A DNA stretch of 36,519 bases from a virus. The stretch covers positions 1 through 36,519 of the IMG/VR virus record IMGVR_UViG_3300049844_000277; one strand, given 5' to 3'. The notes under the pieces were generated by a model, which saw only the letters and a list, made by a program, of their open reading frames with translations, did no database searches and had not been told where the DNA came from. Shown piece by piece: positions 34,243 through 36,519 of this stretch (positions are counted from its first letter, which is position 1; every line of letters starts with the position of its first letter). The position numbers and the translations under genes were made by a program.

Positions 34243-34614
34243 TTAAGAGTTGATGAAGTTGCCGAAACGATCCCAGGCAGCGGCGGCTGCCTCTTTCTTG
34301 TTCTCCGGTTTACTTTGCGCCGACTTCTCGCTTGACCGGCCGAGGCTTTCTACGCCGGTACTTCCCGCCGTTTTATCCAACAACTGCTTTACGGTGGAGA
34401 GCACATCTTCCCCCGAGGAGGAAAGCTTGTCGAAGACTTCTCGCGGAATCTCTTCCCCGGTCGCTTCCGTATACTTATCGGCAACGCTCTTCAGGGCGAC
34501 GTCTCGAGCCATCTTTACGGCGGCGGTCTTTTCAGCTTCGTGGCTATCGATGACTTTTGCAGCCTCATCTAAAACGTCAGCCACTTTTAACAGGAAGTTC
34601 GAATCAGCGGACAT
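34243..34614 (-). CDS. Acidic helical head-module protein, 123 aa, scaffold-like
   Basis: Glu/Lys/Ala-rich helical sequence, similar in style to the 216-aa scaffold. Confidence 0.45.
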   Translation of the reverse strand: MSADSNFLLKVADVLDEAAKVIDSHEAEKTAAVKMARDVALKSVADKYTEATGEEIPREVFDKLSSSGEDVLSTVKQLLDKTAGSTGVESLGRSSEKSAQSKPENKKEAAAAAWDRFGNFINS

Positions 34615-34742
34615 GTGACACCTTTGCGCGAAGGATGTTCAAAGCCATCGCCGCTTGAAGAACCTGCCCGCACTTAATCTGATTGTCTGCCTCAATCGAA
34701 GCAGCCTTTTCACGAAGAAGTGCGGCCAATTTCTGTAGATTC

Positions 34743-34955
34743 TCAGACGTCATAGGCTTTCCGAAAGCGCGCTAAATCAGTGTAGGTAATCGGCGACGAA
34801 CCTGCGATCCTGAGTTGCTCGGCTACCTTTCGTAACATTCTTCCGGTATCAGTCTTTAGGGTCTCTTTGGTATAGGCCACTTCTGCCTGTTTTGACAACT
34901 GACCCTTCTCGACCTCTTCCATTACGAATGCTGTAAGCTGGCTGAGATCTCTCAT
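34743..34955 (-). CDS. Hypothetical head-module protein, 70 aa
   Basis: Compact frame in the head operon. Confidence 0.4.
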   Translation of the reverse strand: MRDLSQLTAFVMEEVEKGQLSKQAEVAYTKETLKTDTGRMLRKVAEQLRIAGSSPITYTDLARFRKAYDV

Positions 34956-35091
34956 GGTTTACGCTCACGAATCGCCGGCTCAACGTTAGCGGCTTTAGCT
35001 AGAACCTCACGCACAGAAGAAGGTAAATTGGCTTCCGCCAACTTAAACAACTGTGCGTAGGTTTCACGGGTAACCGCATCATACATAATAA

Positions 35092-35682
35092 TTACCCATT
35101 AACAGACGCTTGAACAATCTGCGCCGTAACGGCCGCAGCCTTGAGAAACTCAAGCGATGCCGTCTTGTGGATAGCCTCAACCGTGTCGTTGTATCCCTGA
35201 ACGTAGGAAGCTTCGGCCTGCTTTTCAAGATCGGCCTTAGCCGCATCGTAGCCGATTTGAGCCGCCTGCTTCACGAGCTCAGGATTCTGCTGCGCGAACT
35301 TACCGAAGTCTGAGGTATCCGCGACAGCGGGAATATTCGCAACCATCTGCGCAGCGACCTTGTTCCACTCCCCGAGCCGAGCAACTGCAGCATCGGCAAA
35401 GGCGGCACCGAGGAGACGAGCCTCCTTTTCCGCGGCTTCCTTTTCCGCGGAGGCGAGCTCTTCGGCGACCTTCATCACGTCTGCAACGGGGGAAGCCGAA
35501 ATAGAAGCCGACTTATCGGAGGCAACCTTCTCCGAAGAAGCAAGAGCCTCCTTCATCGCGCTAACTAGAGCGTCAGGCGCAGACGCGGTCTTCGCCGTCT
35601 CGGAAACAGCGGGAGCCTCGCTCGCCTGCTTTTCAGCGGCCTGCGCCTCCCGGATACCCGCCAGAATTCTGTCGATCTTCAT
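35092..35682 (-). CDS. Scaffolding protein (Ala/Glu/Lys-rich helical)
   Basis: I chose ATG at 35682 because GAGGG lies 8 nt upstream; the ORF track extends to 35742. The composition is typical of scaffolds. Confidence 0.5.
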   Translation of the reverse strand: MKIDRILAGIREAQAAEKQASEAPAVSETAKTASAPDALVSAMKEALASSEKVASDKSASISASPVADVMKVAEELASAEKEAAEKEARLLGAAFADAAVARLGEWNKVAAQMVANIPAVADTSDFGKFAQQNPELVKQAAQIGYDAAKADLEKQAEASYVQGYNDTVEAIHKTASLEFLKAAAVTAQIVQASVNG

Positions 35683-35742
35683 GTTTGAGCCCTCAGTTGC
35701 AAGAAGTCTAGGAGACCCCGTGTAGAAACACAAACTACCCAA

Positions 35743-36519
35743 TTACACAAGCATTTGACCAATTTTCTCTACGACCGTATCGATGTCGATTTCTGGGGCA
35801 ATAACACTGTCTACCGGAGTCGCCGCCATCAATGTTTCTGTGTACTCGGAAAACTTGCTCAAAGCGTGTCGAACTCCGCCATATGCTCCAAGTGTTCCAA
35901 GTACACCTAACGCAGGATTGTCAGCGTAGAAGGATCCAAGTCTATCCAAGATACGCCTACCCAGCGGCGCTTGCGGGTCATCTACCGGCTGTCCGCTCTG
36001 TAAGCGAGATACATAATCATGTCCTAACGCGGTAACCAATCCAGCGGACCCGAGAATTGGGAGCATAACCTCAGCTGTGCTGGACTCTTTACGTAACTCA
36101 GTCAACGTAGGAATCGGAATTCCTTCATCCGTTAAATACTGTGGACCGTAATCCGGCTTAAGTGTCTTGGCTCCGATGAGCCCAGTTGTTGCCCATGTCA
36201 ATGGGCGAAATGCCTTCGATACTAAGCCCGCAGCGGTGCGTCCACCTGCTGCCAATAAAGCACCAGTACCTACCAACTTAGCTAACTGCTTCTTAGCTAT
36301 CTCGTCGTGCGCCTGTCGCGCCGCGCCGCGTGTTGTAATGTACTTTTCACCGGTAGCTGGGTCGCTAACGTGTAAGGACTCCGTCCATTGAGGTTCGTCA
36401 GCACGTAGCTGCGGTGGTAACAACTGCCTAGAAAGATAATCCGTAATTGTTGAGCGTTTTTCTAAATATTTTTCAGCCACCACACCAATCTCAGGGTTTA
36501 CGTTTTCGGGAGTTCGGTC
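35743..36519 (-). CDS. Portal or head-morphogenesis protein, C-terminal part; 5' end lies beyond the window
   Basis: The frame stays open to the window edge. Its position immediately upstream of the scaffold suggests a portal. Confidence 0.4.
   Translation of the reverse strand, partial: DRTPENVNPEIGVVAEKYLEKRSTITDYLSRQLLPPQLRADEPQWTESLHVSDPATGEKYITTRGAARQAHDEIAKKQLAKLVGTGALLAAGGRTAAGLVSKAFRPLTWATTGLIGAKTLKPDYGPQYLTDEGIPIPTLTELRKESSTAEVMLPILGSAGLVTALGHDYVSRLQSGQPVDDPQAPLGRRILDRLGSFYADNPALGVLGTLGAYGGVRHALSKFSEYTETLMAATPVDSVIAPEIDIDTVVEKIGQMLV

Overview
The window reads as a tailed dsDNA phage or prophage late region with roughly 50-55% G+C by eye. Genes are tightly packed, often overlapping by ATGA or TAATG, use AGGAG-type ribosome-binding sites and frequently start with GTG or TTG. 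From the right window edge down to about 8.6 kb nearly all genes lie on the minus strand. In transcription order these are a 5'-truncated portal-like gene, an Ala/Glu-rich scaffold, small helical proteins, a gpD-like decoration protein and a 302-aa putative major capsid protein. A very strong intrinsic terminator follows the capsid gene, then a free-standing multidomain nuclease that looks like an inserted homing-type gene, a second terminator, and a long tail and host-recognition module. That module holds a 650-aa tail fiber, a Kelch-type beta-propeller protein, several tandem paralog pairs, repeat proteins, FN3/Ig-like domain proteins, a canonical HNH endonuclease, a possible lysis trio, an 803-aa protein and a 510-aa gpV/gp5-like spike. 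A three-gene cassette at 7447..8570 is inverted relative to its neighbours and appears to have lower G+C. It ends in a strong terminator, and its middle protein carries an HNH-like core. Minus-strand genes resume at 7393 and include a 600-aa FN3-containing protein, an FmdB zinc ribbon, a metallophosphoesterase and a protein with 4-5 tandem AT-hooks encoded by a 30-bp DNA repeat. The left 3.3 kb carries plus-strand small genes: a membrane protein with an (SK)n tail encoded by a (GTCGAA)6 microsatellite, a glycine-zipper-rich 341-aa protein, and an operator-like inverted repeat over a -10 box. I found no rRNA, tRNA, CRISPR array, integrase, reverse transcriptase, terminase or tape-measure gene. 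Every product call rests on motif recognition by eye; nothing was searched against a database.
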